A stretch of 63,418 nucleotides of DNA, taken from Actinomycetota bacterium. GTDB lineage: Bacteria > Actinomycetota > Coriobacteriia > Anaerosomatales > PHET01. The translations under genes were made by a program, and so were the position numbers. Location of the stretch: positions 1 to 63,418 of the forward strand of contig JBBIJX010000004.1 of the NCBI GenBank assembly GCA_037445775.1, given 5' to 3'. The notes under the pieces are model-generated. The model did not search any database. It saw nothing but the letters and a program-made list of their open reading frames with translations, and was not told the DNA's origin. Below, piece by piece: positions 34,670 through 44,178 of this stretch (the stretch's first letter is position 1; every line of letters starts with the position of its first letter).

Positions 34670-34972
34670 TCAGGGCGTGCCGGGCGGGGCGGCCGTGGGC
34701 CTGACATCGAAGCCGGCCAGATTCTCCGGGGCCTCCTCGAACCGGTCGACGGTGGTGACCGCCGCGCGCTCGGGTCCCCGGCCCACCCACGCAACCGCTT
34801 GGGCCACGCGCTCGGGCCTTCCCTCGAAGACGGCTTCGACGCGACCATCGGTGAGGTTGCGTACCCAGCCTGCGACACCGGCTCCGGCCGCCATACGGCG
34901 TGTCGACTCGCGGAACCAAACGCCTTGGACGCGTCCCTCGACGATCACGCGGATCCGCACGGTCTCGATCAA
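34670..34972 (-). CDS. acyP: Acylphosphatase
   Basis: VEGRVQGVWFRESTRRMA...GWVRNLTDGRVEAVFEG is the acylphosphatase signature (V.G.VQGV.FR, GWV.N..DG.V). Confidence 0.88.
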   Translation of the reverse strand: MIETVRIRVIVEGRVQGVWFRESTRRMAAGAGVAGWVRNLTDGRVEAVFEGRPERVAQAVAWVGRGPERAAVTTVDRFEEAPENLAGFDVRPTAAPPGTP

Positions 34973-35085
34973 GAAGACTCCTCAAACAGGTGCCGCGAGC
35001 GGCCTCACAGGTGCACATACCCCGCACCACCCAAGAAGCGGCGGTGGTACGCTAGCACGTGCAATCGAGTGCGGAGAGGACCGAT

Positions 35086-35763
35086 GTGACAAGCGGAACC
35101 GCTGCTGCGTCGCTGCCTTCGAAGAAGGGCCGACGCGACTACACGCTGGGCGAGGAGATCGCCAACAGCATCATCCATGGCCTCGGCATAGGGCTGTCTG
35201 TCGCCGCGCTGGTGTTGCTTGTCGTATTCGCCGCGCTCGCTAACGACCCCTACAAGCTCGCAAGCGCCATCGTCTACGGCGTCTCGCTTGTACTCGAGTA
35301 CACGGCATCGACGCTCTACCACAGCTTCCAGCAGCCGCGGGTCAAGCATCTCTTCAAGATCTTCGACCACTGCGGGATCTACTTGCTCATCGCCGGCACG
35401 TACACGCCGTTCTGCCTCGTCACGCTACGTGGGGACGGGGGTTGGGCGGTCTTCTCGGTCATCTGGACGCTTGCCGTGGTCGGCATTGCCGCCGAGGCGT
35501 TCTGGGCGTATCGGCCGCGGTGGCTCTCGGCGCTCGTCTACTTGGGCATGGGCTGGCTCGTCGTCTTCTCGCTCCGTCCGTTGGTCGAGAATCTCGACCC
35601 GGCGGGCGTTTGGCTGCTGTTCGCCGGGGGGCTCAGCTACACGGCCGGTACGATCTTCTATGTCATGAAGCGCGTGAAGTACATGCATGCGGTGTGGCAC
35701 GCGTGGGTGCTCGCCGGCAGCACGTGTCACTTCTTGGCGGTGCTGCTCTACGTGGTCCGCTAG
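35086..35763 (+). CDS. Hemolysin III / PAQR family membrane protein
   Basis: EEIANSIIHGLGIGLS..., seven hydrophobic segments, and the C-terminal HAVWHAWVLAGSTCHF motif. Start set at GTG 35086 behind GGAGAGG; the track start is 35059. Confidence 0.85.
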   Translation: MTSGTAAASLPSKKGRRDYTLGEEIANSIIHGLGIGLSVAALVLLVVFAALANDPYKLASAIVYGVSLVLEYTASTLYHSFQQPRVKHLFKIFDHCGIYLLIAGTYTPFCLVTLRGDGGWAVFSVIWTLAVVGIAAEAFWAYRPRWLSALVYLGMGWLVVFSLRPLVENLDPAGVWLLFAGGLSYTAGTIFYVMKRVKYMHAVWHAWVLAGSTCHFLAVLLYVVR

Positions 35764-35796
35764 GCGCTCCCGGTGGGATCGGAAGGGGGTCGCCGC

Positions 35797-36489
35797 GTGT
35801 CTTCCTACCGAACGATCGTGACGCAAGTTGACGGGTGTGGCGGTGACGTCGTCATGCTCACACTCGCCCGCCCGGAGGGCTACGAATTCGAGCCGGGGCA
35901 GTGGTTCCGCCTCACCCTTGAGGCCGACGACGGCGAGCAGACGAGGACGTTCTCGCACGCGTCGGCTCCCGGAGACCCCGGCCTCGATATGGCAACGCGG
36001 CTGTCCGGCTCACCGTTCAAGCAAGCGCTGCGGCGCCTAGAGGCAGGTGACCGCGTCACGATCGCTGGTCCGGGAGGGAGGCTCGGCCTGCCACGGCCGC
36101 CTGCTCGCGTCGTCTTCCTCACCGGCGGCGTGGGTATCACGCCGGTGCGCTCAGTGCTGCTCGACAGCGCGCTACGTGGTGCGGCCTACGAAGACGCGCT
36201 CGTGGTGTACGGCAATCGTGAGCCGGCGTGCGCGCCGTACCTTGCCGAGCTCACGGGACTTGCGTCGACGGGCGTGCGCGTGGTGCCCGTCTACGAGCAC
36301 CCCGGCTCCTCGTGGGACGGCGAACGGGGGCGCATTGACGCTGCGATGATTCGCCGTCATCTCAGCCCGGCTGGCAGCCGGGAGTTCGTGGTGACGGGGC
36401 CTCCGGCGATGGTCAACGCAATGGACGCAGTGCTCGACGAGCTGGGAGTCGACGTGTCTCGCCGCATCATCGAGCGCTTCGGCGCATGA
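35797..36489 (+). CDS. Ferredoxin-NADP reductase-like FAD/NAD(P)-binding oxidoreductase
   Basis: RTFSHAS (RxYS-type FAD motif), FLTGGVGITP (NAD(P) binding), C-terminal VTGPPAM. Start set at GTG 35797 behind GGAAGGGGG; the track start is 35773. Confidence 0.8.
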   Translation: MSSYRTIVTQVDGCGGDVVMLTLARPEGYEFEPGQWFRLTLEADDGEQTRTFSHASAPGDPGLDMATRLSGSPFKQALRRLEAGDRVTIAGPGGRLGLPRPPARVVFLTGGVGITPVRSVLLDSALRGAAYEDALVVYGNREPACAPYLAELTGLASTGVRVVPVYEHPGSSWDGERGRIDAAMIRRHLSPAGSREFVVTGPPAMVNAMDAVLDELGVDVSRRIIERFGA

Positions 36490-36586
36490 TCGCCCGCCGC
36501 TGCGACGGGCACTCGGGGTATACGTCTGTTAGCGGTACGCAGTGAAGGGGCGATGGCCCCGCAGGGCACGAGGAAGGGAGCGTCAA

Positions 36587-36985
36587 ATGGAGCTGCTTGC
36601 CCGTACGTGCAACCTCGAGACGATGAACGCGCAACGGATTCTGGCGCGCGGGTTCGTGCTCGCAGGGGCGTTGTTCTGGGGCGTCGTGGCGTGGGTTGCG
36701 GAGTGGGCCAACGATGGCGCTCCGTTCTCGGAAACGCTGCCTTTCGCCGCCATGTATGCCGCCGGCATTCTCCTAGTCTTCGTCATCGGGCTGTTCCTCG
36801 AGAACCTCGCGGCCGCGATTCTTGCACTACTGTCCGCCTCTGTCGTTGCCGCAGGCATCGTCATAGGGTGGGAGGTGGGCGTCTGGGCCACGGTGCTCTT
36901 CTTCTTCATCCTGCCGCTGCTCATGGCGGCCGCGCTGTACTTGCTCGCCGCGCGCATGCAGAAGATCTGCGCCGCCGCACCCTAG
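36587..36985 (+). CDS. Hypothetical membrane protein (4 TM segments)
   Basis: ATG 36587 lies 6 nt after GGAAGGGAG. The protein is strongly hydrophobic with no recognised family. Confidence 0.55.
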   Translation: MELLARTCNLETMNAQRILARGFVLAGALFWGVVAWVAEWANDGAPFSETLPFAAMYAAGILLVFVIGLFLENLAAAILALLSASVVAAGIVIGWEVGVWATVLFFFILPLLMAAALYLLAARMQKICAAAP

Positions 36986-37225
36986 GGGTGCGCACTTCGG
37001 TGTTGCCAAGGGACGCCGGGAGCATTCTTTTGGCGCGGGCGGGCTGACGACGTGCGGCGGTCGGGCCAAATGCCTACCGCTGAGAGTCGAATCGGCGCCG
37101 TTCGTCGCGGAGCCTGCAAAAAGATGCGCGATTCGCGTAAACTTTCTTAACGTTTGAAGCCGATACCTACTGTATTCTCCCCGTATGGGGGCGGCAGGCG
37201 AGGCTGAGGGGGGTGCGGTCGACTT

Positions 37226-37585
37226 TTGTATGACCTCGGAGGGGTCCTCGGGCCAGATGTCATACGCTTCGTCGAGTCTCACGTGAGGTCGTTGCTTGCG
37301 TGGGACATCCTCGTCTTCTTCCATCGCAACCCCGACGCAGTGCTCGATCCGGATGGACTCGCCGCCCGTCTGGGTAGAAGCACCAAGGAGATCGAGCCCG
37401 AGGTGGACGCGCTCTGCGACGGGCAGATCCTGCAGCAAGCCGGCGGCCTCGTGCGCTACAAGCCGACGCCTGAGACCCGCGCCCAGGTCGGGGAGTTCGT
37501 GGACGCATGTCAGGACCGCGCGCGTCGTCTCGCACTTATCGCGCTCGTCCTGCATCGCATCGGGCGCGGCTCGTCCGGCACCTGA
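37226..37585 (+). CDS. Hypothetical small protein, possible winged-helix fold
   Basis: 119-aa ORF that converges on the HD-GYP gene and is preceded by a lower-GC spacer. No family recognised. Confidence 0.4.
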   Translation: MYDLGGVLGPDVIRFVESHVRSLLAWDILVFFHRNPDAVLDPDGLAARLGRSTKEIEPEVDALCDGQILQQAGGLVRYKPTPETRAQVGEFVDACQDRARRLALIALVLHRIGRGSSGT

Positions 37586-37635
37586 GCGGGGCGCCGCCCG
37601 TCCGCGCACTCCTCAGCCCGGGGCGTGTCCGGAAC

Positions 37636-38955
37636 TCAGAGCTTGTCCGACACGATGAGGTCGAGCGTCTCGGGTTCGATGACCTCGACGATGCGCGGTC
37701 CGTCGCCGTCGAGGTCCACTTCGAGCGAGTCGGCTAGCTCGAGGCCCCGCGCATCGTGCGTCACGCGCACCGTCGGTTCGAGCGGGCTCGCACCCGGGCG
37801 GGACACTACACCGACCGTCTGGTCAGAGAGCCGCACTAGGCACCCGACAGGGAAGACGCCGAGCGCTCCGACGAACAGGCGGGTGAGCACCGGGTCGAGC
37901 GGCCCATTCGATTCGCGCATCAACTGGACGACCGCCCGGTCGGGAGTGAGTGCGGCCGTGCCGTTCCCGGGATCGGTCAGGTTATGGAAGCGATTGGCCA
38001 CCGAGACCATGCGGCTGAACGGGTGTGCCACGTAGTCGTTGGGCCGCTCCGGCCAACCCGAACCGTCGACGCCCATGTGGTGCTCGAAGGCGACCAGCAT
38101 CGGTGCCGGATCCTCCAACGCGACGCGCTGCAGGATGTCTGCGCCGACCTTCGGGTGCATCTCGTGCATCGGGGCGGCCTGCCCGGGCTCTGCGGGGTCG
38201 AATGCGGCCTTGCCTACGTCGTGGAGCAGGGCCGACAGGCCGAGTGAGTGCAGCCCCTCGTCTGGCAGACCTAGCCGCTGCCCGAGCAGCAACGCATAGA
38301 TGGTGACGTTGAGTGAGTGGAAGAGGCCGTGCTCGCCGGTACTGCGGATCGTCGCAAGGCCGAGCATCGCACCCGGGTCTGCGAGCAGGCGCTCGATGAC
38401 GCTTCCCACGAGCGAGCTCGTCCGCGAGAGGTCCGGGCTCGCACCTGCGGACAAGCGCTCCTGGACGTGTTTCAGGTCCGACAGGAAGCGCTGGTAGAGT
38501 TGCCGGTCCTCGGCGCGCTGCCGGTTGCGCTCCTCCCGCTCTTCGCCGCCGTGGTCGCTTAGCATGCGTATCGTCACGCCGGCCACGCCGCGCGCGGCTA
38601 GTTCCGAGGGGACGTCAAGGTCCGGCGACGGCTTCGACATCAGCACCTGGGTGAGTCCGATCGCGTCGGTCTCGCAGAACGCCGCCGAGAACGCAAGCGA
38701 CTCGATGCAGCGGGACTCGAGCGCCTCGGCGATCGAGGCGAGCGATCCCTGGTCGCCTGCGAGCACGTCGCTTCCGTGGTAGAGGTGGCCCTGGTGCCAG
38801 TTCAGCACGAGCGGCTCGTCGCGCGTCGCGTTCCGCACGCAAGCAACGAGCGTCTCGACGGCCTCGCGGTGCGCCGGATGGGCTGGCGGGTACAGCTGGA
38901 TGGCCTTGCGCGTGCCGGACAGCGCGGCAACCACCCGGGTTGCTACGTCTTCCAT
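37636..38955 (-). CDS. HD-GYP-type phosphohydrolase (variant GWP motif) with N-terminal LYP..HP module
   Basis: LLHDVGK and FEHHMGVDGSGWPE. The ATG overlaps the stop of the upstream HEAT gene (TGATG). Confidence 0.85.
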   Translation of the reverse strand: MEDVATRVVAALSGTRKAIQLYPPAHPAHREAVETLVACVRNATRDEPLVLNWHQGHLYHGSDVLAGDQGSLASIAEALESRCIESLAFSAAFCETDAIGLTQVLMSKPSPDLDVPSELAARGVAGVTIRMLSDHGGEEREERNRQRAEDRQLYQRFLSDLKHVQERLSAGASPDLSRTSSLVGSVIERLLADPGAMLGLATIRSTGEHGLFHSLNVTIYALLLGQRLGLPDEGLHSLGLSALLHDVGKAAFDPAEPGQAAPMHEMHPKVGADILQRVALEDPAPMLVAFEHHMGVDGSGWPERPNDYVAHPFSRMVSVANRFHNLTDPGNGTAALTPDRAVVQLMRESNGPLDPVLTRLFVGALGVFPVGCLVRLSDQTVGVVSRPGASPLEPTVRVTHDARGLELADSLEVDLDGDGPRIVEVIEPETLDLIVSDKL

Positions 38956-40937
38956 CAGGTATCACCGCCTCGCATGCGGGTGGCCTGTGCGCGCTTGACA
39001 AGCTCCTGGACCTCGGCGAAGTGCCCGCGCTTGATGAGGGCCCGCCTACCCGCGAGTCGCTCCAGGGCCTCGTCTGCAGCGGCGCCGGGTACCTTGGCGA
39101 GCGCCGCGATGAGCTCGCGCGCGATGGCGAAGTCCCCGTTGTCGATGTCGAGCTCGGCCAATCGTGCAGCGAGCAGTTTGTCGGCGCTTGGCGGACAATG
39201 CCTGACGAGCGCGCGCACCGCCGAGATCTCAACCTCGGCGCTCGGGTCGCGCAGCGCGTGGCCGATGAGACGGGTGGCGGCGGGTGTGCCGGCCATCGCC
39301 AGACCGGTCACGACTTCGCGGCGGGACTGTTCGTCGGGCCGCTTCAGCAGGGACTCGATCGTCGAGACGGAGTGCGCATCACCCTCCTGTGCCAGGCGCG
39401 TCACGAGGGGCGCGACCTGATACCACTGGGCGGCAGAGGCGCACTCGTTGAGCGCGTCGACGATACGGCGGCCGATTATGGCCTCCGCGACCTGGAGGCC
39501 CGGCGCCTTCAGCGCGATCGCCTCGGTCACGAGTGCGGACGTGCCCGCGTCGCCTGCTGAACGGACGATCGATCGCGCAGATTCCACCGCCGCGTGATCG
39601 GCCTGCACGGCCGCGAGCAGGGCGCGCATCGCACGAGGCCCCGCAGCGGCGTTGCGCGCCTCACGCAGGCGGCCGGAGAGCTGGGGCCATGGGCTGTCGT
39701 TGTACGCCTCTCGGTTGCCGAACTCGGTCATGACCCGGGCGGCCATGTCCAGGTCTCCCTGCTCAATGAGGCGCGGCACCATCGAGGAGAGGTTCATCGC
39801 TGCAGCGCAGTAGAGCTCGAAGTCCTGCTGCTGGTCGAGGAGGTGCAACATGGTGCGCACACTCGAGCTAGCGACGTCACGCTGCGCGGCGTCGACCGCA
39901 GCCCGGGACGCCGCCACGGACTTGGCGCTCAACCGCGTCGCGTCGGCCACCGCGCGGTAGACGGCGTCGGTGTCGACGAGCGCTGGTTCCGGAGTGGCGC
40001 GCCCGCGAACGTCGAGCATGTGCTCGAGGAAGTCCGCCTCCTTGGCCGAGTGGCCGCTCGCGGGCAACATCGCCCGGACTTCCGCGCGCACCTGCGCCGT
40101 CACTTGGTCGAGCGGCAGGTTCGTCAACGCGCTCGAGAGCGAGAGCATGTTCTTGCCGAAAGTGCCGCCCAGAATCGAGCCCGCGATGTCGGCCGACGAG
40201 AGGTTCTGGAACATCTGCCCGGTGAGTTCGCGTACCGGGCCGGGATCCATCGCGAGCTCGAGGAGCGCGTCCTTGCGTTCGGCGTCCTGAGTGCGAAACG
40301 CGACCGCAAGCGATTCCAGCAACGGTCCCAAACCAGCGGAGCCGGAGACGCGTGCGAGTTCCGTCAGTCCCTCTTGAAACGATGCCGGATCGCCGCCCGC
40401 GGCAGAGGCGAACCAAGCGCCGAGCCGTTCGGGGTCAGCGGACAACGAGCGGAGGAACTCCTCGACATCGGTCGAGGGTCCCGCTGCGGCCTGATCGACG
40501 ACTGTGAGCTGAACGCCGGCGACGCGAGCGTGTTCGACGCCGGCTTCGACGAGTGCGACCGACAGACCGCCCGAGGCGCGGAGCTCGCCGGGCGGTGTGA
40601 GCACCGCACGCAAAAGCGCGAGCAGCTCGTTCGCGTCGCAGCCCGGCAAGAACGCTACCTCGGCCACCCCGTGCTCCCGCAGCTCGTCAGAGAGCTCCTG
40701 CGCGCCCACGACCGCCGTACCAAGCGGGGCGCCCTGGAAGGCGAAGCCGTCGCGGGCAACGGCGAGCGCTACGACCGGCTCGCCGTTCGCGAAGTACGCG
40801 GCAAGCGCCGCCTCCGCGCTCTCCAGGCACTGGCGGGGAATCGGGCTTGTGGGCGGGTAGAGACGCAACGCCTTGCCGGCCGATGTCACCGCACGCACGA
40901 CGTTATCGATGGTGGCTGATTCGCAGATCTCCGACAC
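38955..40937 (-). CDS. HEAT-repeat protein sharing an N-terminal module with the downstream HD-GYP protein
   Basis: C-terminal HEAT-like repeats (ATRLIGHALRDPSAEVEISAVRAL...). N-terminus reads VVRAVTSAGKALRLYPPTSPIPR. It is a paralog of 46759..48927. Confidence 0.7.
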   Translation of the reverse strand: MSEICESATIDNVVRAVTSAGKALRLYPPTSPIPRQCLESAEAALAAYFANGEPVVALAVARDGFAFQGAPLGTAVVGAQELSDELREHGVAEVAFLPGCDANELLALLRAVLTPPGELRASGGLSVALVEAGVEHARVAGVQLTVVDQAAAGPSTDVEEFLRSLSADPERLGAWFASAAGGDPASFQEGLTELARVSGSAGLGPLLESLAVAFRTQDAERKDALLELAMDPGPVRELTGQMFQNLSSADIAGSILGGTFGKNMLSLSSALTNLPLDQVTAQVRAEVRAMLPASGHSAKEADFLEHMLDVRGRATPEPALVDTDAVYRAVADATRLSAKSVAASRAAVDAAQRDVASSSVRTMLHLLDQQQDFELYCAAAMNLSSMVPRLIEQGDLDMAARVMTEFGNREAYNDSPWPQLSGRLREARNAAAGPRAMRALLAAVQADHAAVESARSIVRSAGDAGTSALVTEAIALKAPGLQVAEAIIGRRIVDALNECASAAQWYQVAPLVTRLAQEGDAHSVSTIESLLKRPDEQSRREVVTGLAMAGTPAATRLIGHALRDPSAEVEISAVRALVRHCPPSADKLLAARLAELDIDNGDFAIARELIAALAKVPGAAADEALERLAGRRALIKRGHFAEVQELVKRAQATRMRGGDT

Positions 40938-41087
40938 CGGCGCTCCCTGAGCTCACGCGACGACGGACAGTCTCCGCGCGCCCCTCGTCTGGGACTGTTC
41001 GGTATATCGGCATGTCGCCCGTCGGGTTGACCCCAAATAGGAATACTGGGCCGTTTCCCCGCACCGCGTGTTGGTAACCTATGCGAC

Positions 41088-42404
41088 ATGGATACCCCGA
41101 TTGCCGAGGTTCTGCTTATCGCGGTGCTCGTCGCGCTCAACGGTTACTTCGCGGCCGCCGAGATAGCGCTCATCAGCGTCCGCCGTGCGTCGCTGAAGCA
41201 ACGCGCCGGTGAGGGCTCGAAGGGTGCGGCTCGCGCGCTAGGTCTGACCGAGGAGCCCACGCGCCTGCTCGCGACGATCCAGGTGGGCATCACGCTCGTT
41301 GGTTTCCTCGCGTCTGCCGCTGCGGCAGTCTCGCTCGCCGCTCCCGTCGAGGAGTGGTTGGACGGGCTGGGCCTGCCTTGGCTCTCGCGCGTTTCGACGG
41401 CGCTCGCGGTGTTTCTGGTGACGCTGGTCGTGTCGTACGTGACGCTCATCTTCGGCGAACTTGTGCCCAAGCGAATAGGGCTCATGCGGGCCGAACGCGT
41501 CGCCGTTGCCGTCGCGGGGCCCGTCAGCTTCGTCGCCAAGGCGTTCTCGCCGCTTGTGTGGTTCCTGTCAGTGTCGACGCGCGCGGTCGCGCGTTTCGTG
41601 GGCGTAGGAGGGGATGGCGGGCGTCCGGGAGTCTCCGAGGAGGAGATCAAGCTCCTCGTCACCGAGCAGGGCTCACTGCTCGACGAAGAGAAACGCATGA
41701 TCCACGAGATCTTCGAACTCGGCGACACAGTCGCGCGCGAGATCATGGTGCCACGAGTCGACATGGTGCTCGTCGAGGACGACCGCACGGTCCGTGAGGC
41801 TGTCGCTATCATGCGGGTTACGGGATTCTCCCGGGTGCCGGTGTTTCGCGAAGACCATGACACCATTGTTGGCATCGCGTTCCTCAAGGACCTCGTGGGT
41901 CCGGTTGCCGAGGGTCGCGGTGATGACCCCGTCCTCGGTCATCTGAGACCGCCGGTGTACGTGCCTGAGACCAAAGGGATCCTGCCCCTGCTCTCGGAGA
42001 TGCAGGCGTACCGCACGCAACTCGTGGTCGTCGTCGACGAGTACGGCGGTACCGCAGGCCTTGTCACCCTCGAAGACATCGTCGAGGAGATCGTCGGCGA
42101 GATCGTCGACGAGTTCGACCGGGACCGCCGTTACGTCACGAAGGTCGGCGAGGGGGAATGGGTGATCGACGGACGCCTGCCCATCGAGGACGCGCTAGCT
42201 CTCGGGCTTCCGGTGTGTGAGGCCGAGGAGTACGACACGCTCGCAGGATGGCTACTCGCGCAGACGGGGAGGATCCCGGCGCCAGGGGAGCGATACATCG
42301 AAGATGGGTACCAGTTCAGAGTGCAGGCGATGCGGCGACGGCGCGTCGCGAGAGTGCGGGTGTCGGCGCCATCTCTGATCGAGGATCCGGACCACGGAGT
42401 CTGA
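41088..42404 (+). CDS. CNNM/TlyC-family hemolysin-like protein (DUF21 + CBS pair + CorC_HlyC)
   Basis: N-terminal DUF21 TM region (NGYFAAAEIALISV), then the CBS pair (ARE IMVPRVDM...) and the C-terminal transporter-associated domain. Confidence 0.88.
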   Translation: MDTPIAEVLLIAVLVALNGYFAAAEIALISVRRASLKQRAGEGSKGAARALGLTEEPTRLLATIQVGITLVGFLASAAAAVSLAAPVEEWLDGLGLPWLSRVSTALAVFLVTLVVSYVTLIFGELVPKRIGLMRAERVAVAVAGPVSFVAKAFSPLVWFLSVSTRAVARFVGVGGDGGRPGVSEEEIKLLVTEQGSLLDEEKRMIHEIFELGDTVAREIMVPRVDMVLVEDDRTVREAVAIMRVTGFSRVPVFREDHDTIVGIAFLKDLVGPVAEGRGDDPVLGHLRPPVYVPETKGILPLLSEMQAYRTQLVVVVDEYGGTAGLVTLEDIVEEIVGEIVDEFDRDRRYVTKVGEGEWVIDGRLPIEDALALGLPVCEAEEYDTLAGWLLAQTGRIPAPGERYIEDGYQFRVQAMRRRRVARVRVSAPSLIEDPDHGV

Positions 42405-42459
42405 CTCCTGTCACGGGTGCTCGTTCGGGGGCAGGAGCGAATCCAAAGGGGAGATCCCG

Positions 42460-43644
42460 ATGACCGACACGAACACGGTTGCGCCACCCAAGCCGCCGCA
42501 GCCACCGCCCCCGGCGGGTGTCCAAGGTCCTGCGCCGCCCGAGCCGCCGCGCCAGTCGGGAACGGCGGCGGTGACGTGGGGCGTGATCCTCATCGCTGTC
42601 GGGCTTGTGCTGTTAGCCGAACGCTTCGTGCCGGTGTTCTCCGCGTGGAACCTCTGGCCCCTCATCATCATCATCGCGGGCGTGGTCCAGGCGGTCACTC
42701 CCGGTAAGGACGGTTGGAGAATCTCGAAGCTCTTCGATGGGCTCGTAACCGTCGCGTTCGGCGGTGTGTTTCTCGCCATCACCACAGGCGTTGTGGGCTG
42801 GGACGTCTGGGCCCGCATCATCACGCTGTGGCCGGTGCTCATCATCGCGCTCGGGCTCGAGCTCTTGAGCAAGGCGCTCGGTGCGAGCTGGCCGAAGATC
42901 CTCGGGTCACTCGCGATAATCGCGGCGCTCGCGTACTCGGTCGCCGTGACCGCCGCCGACCTCGATGGTGTCGTGCTTCTGCGCTCCCCACCCGGTGGCA
43001 CCCCCTACGAGCTGTCCGAGTCCGACGCCGGGGTTGAGCAGGCGAACCTCAAGCTGGATGCAGGTGTAGCACGTGTGCGCATGAGCGCGGGCGACGACTT
43101 GGTCAGCCTGCGTGGCACGAGCCCTTTCGGGGAGCCGGAGCTGCGTGTCGAGCGCTCGGGGAGCTCGGCTGACGTGGACGTCTCGCTCCAGAAGGAGCCG
43201 GTGTCGATGGTGTGGCCGGGCGACTTCACCGCAGACTATGCGGTGAGGTTCTCGCGTGACGTGTTGTGGGACCTCAAGGTCGACGTGGGCGTCACCGCGC
43301 TCGATGCGGATCTGTCCGAACTCGACGTTGCCCGGCTCGAACTCAAGCCTGGCGTGGCGAGTTGTGACGTGAAGCTCGGCGGCGTCCCCGCCGGCCGAAC
43401 CGAATCGCGCGCTATGGTCGAAGCCGGCGTCTCAAGCGTTCGAGTGCGCCTGCCGTCACGCGTCGCTGCGCGTGTCGAGATAGAGAGCGGGCTGTCGGGT
43501 TCGACCGTCCGCGGAGGGTTCTCGCCGGCAGGTGAAGGGGTGTGGGAGACCGAGGACTACGATGCGGCGCGGGCGGCGAGCACGCCGGTGTGGGTCGTGA
43601 ACGTGAAGTCCGGCATCGGTTCGGTCACGATCGACACCTACTAG
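42460..43644 (+). CDS. Membrane protein with Pro-rich N-terminus, LiaI/LiaF-like TM region and C-terminal toastrack-like beta domain
   Basis: Four TM helices, then a beta-rich C-terminal half ending ...VKSGIGSVTIDTY, which is typical of LiaF/DUF4097-like domains. It is adjacent to a PspC-domain gene. Confidence 0.6.
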   Translation: MTDTNTVAPPKPPQPPPPAGVQGPAPPEPPRQSGTAAVTWGVILIAVGLVLLAERFVPVFSAWNLWPLIIIIAGVVQAVTPGKDGWRISKLFDGLVTVAFGGVFLAITTGVVGWDVWARIITLWPVLIIALGLELLSKALGASWPKILGSLAIIAALAYSVAVTAADLDGVVLLRSPPGGTPYELSESDAGVEQANLKLDAGVARVRMSAGDDLVSLRGTSPFGEPELRVERSGSSADVDVSLQKEPVSMVWPGDFTADYAVRFSRDVLWDLKVDVGVTALDADLSELDVARLELKPGVASCDVKLGGVPAGRTESRAMVEAGVSSVRVRLPSRVAARVEIESGLSGSTVRGGFSPAGEGVWETEDYDAARAASTPVWVVNVKSGIGSVTIDTY

Positions 43645-43656
43645 GAGGGTAGTGCG

Positions 43657-44172
43657 ATGAATGAGAACAAGAGGAGTGCGGACTGGCAGGTCTTTGGCGC
43701 GATAGCGCTGATCGCGCTTGGCGCATTCTTGTTGATGAATCAGATAGGGGGGCCGTGGTGGGGCATGGTGCGCGAAGCGTTCCGTGCCGCCGCCTCGTAC
43801 GCGTGGCCCCTCGCTCTCATCGGCCTTGGTGCGATCCTCTTGATCAACGCACGGCATGGAACCTTCGCCACAGGCGCTGACGGCCGCCGCCTGTATCGCT
43901 CGAGGTCCGAGCGCATGGTCGGCGGTGTTCTCGGGGGGCTTGCCGAGTACCTGGGGGGCGTCGATCCCGTCTGGTTGCGGATCGCCTACGTGCTCGTCGC
44001 CGTCGCGACCGGCTTCGGACCCGCGGTGATCGTCTACATCATAGCGATGATCGTGATCCCCGAGGCGCCGCGCCCTGCCCACGAGCCGACACAGTGGCCG
44101 CAGCCGTGCGAGCCGCCGGCGCCCCCGGCCCCGCCCGGGACTCAGCCGCCACACGCGCCGACCGTGGAGTAA
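43657..44172 (+). CDS. PspC-domain membrane protein
   Basis: RLYRSRSERMVGGVLGGLAEYLGGVDPVWLRIAYVLV is the PspC domain signature. The C-terminus is Pro-rich. Confidence 0.85.
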   Translation: MNENKRSADWQVFGAIALIALGAFLLMNQIGGPWWGMVREAFRAAASYAWPLALIGLGAILLINARHGTFATGADGRRLYRSRSERMVGGVLGGLAEYLGGVDPVWLRIAYVLVAVATGFGPAVIVYIIAMIVIPEAPRPAHEPTQWPQPCEPPAPPAPPGTQPPHAPTVE

Positions 44173-44178
44173 CGGGTA

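Noticed and set aside
34206-35243. 345-aa plus-strand ORF in the track
   Set aside because: It runs straight through tRNA-Ala (34464..34539) and is antisense to the well-supported acylphosphatase gene. Its composition is Arg/Ala/Pro/Gly-rich, which is typical of out-of-frame high-GC DNA.
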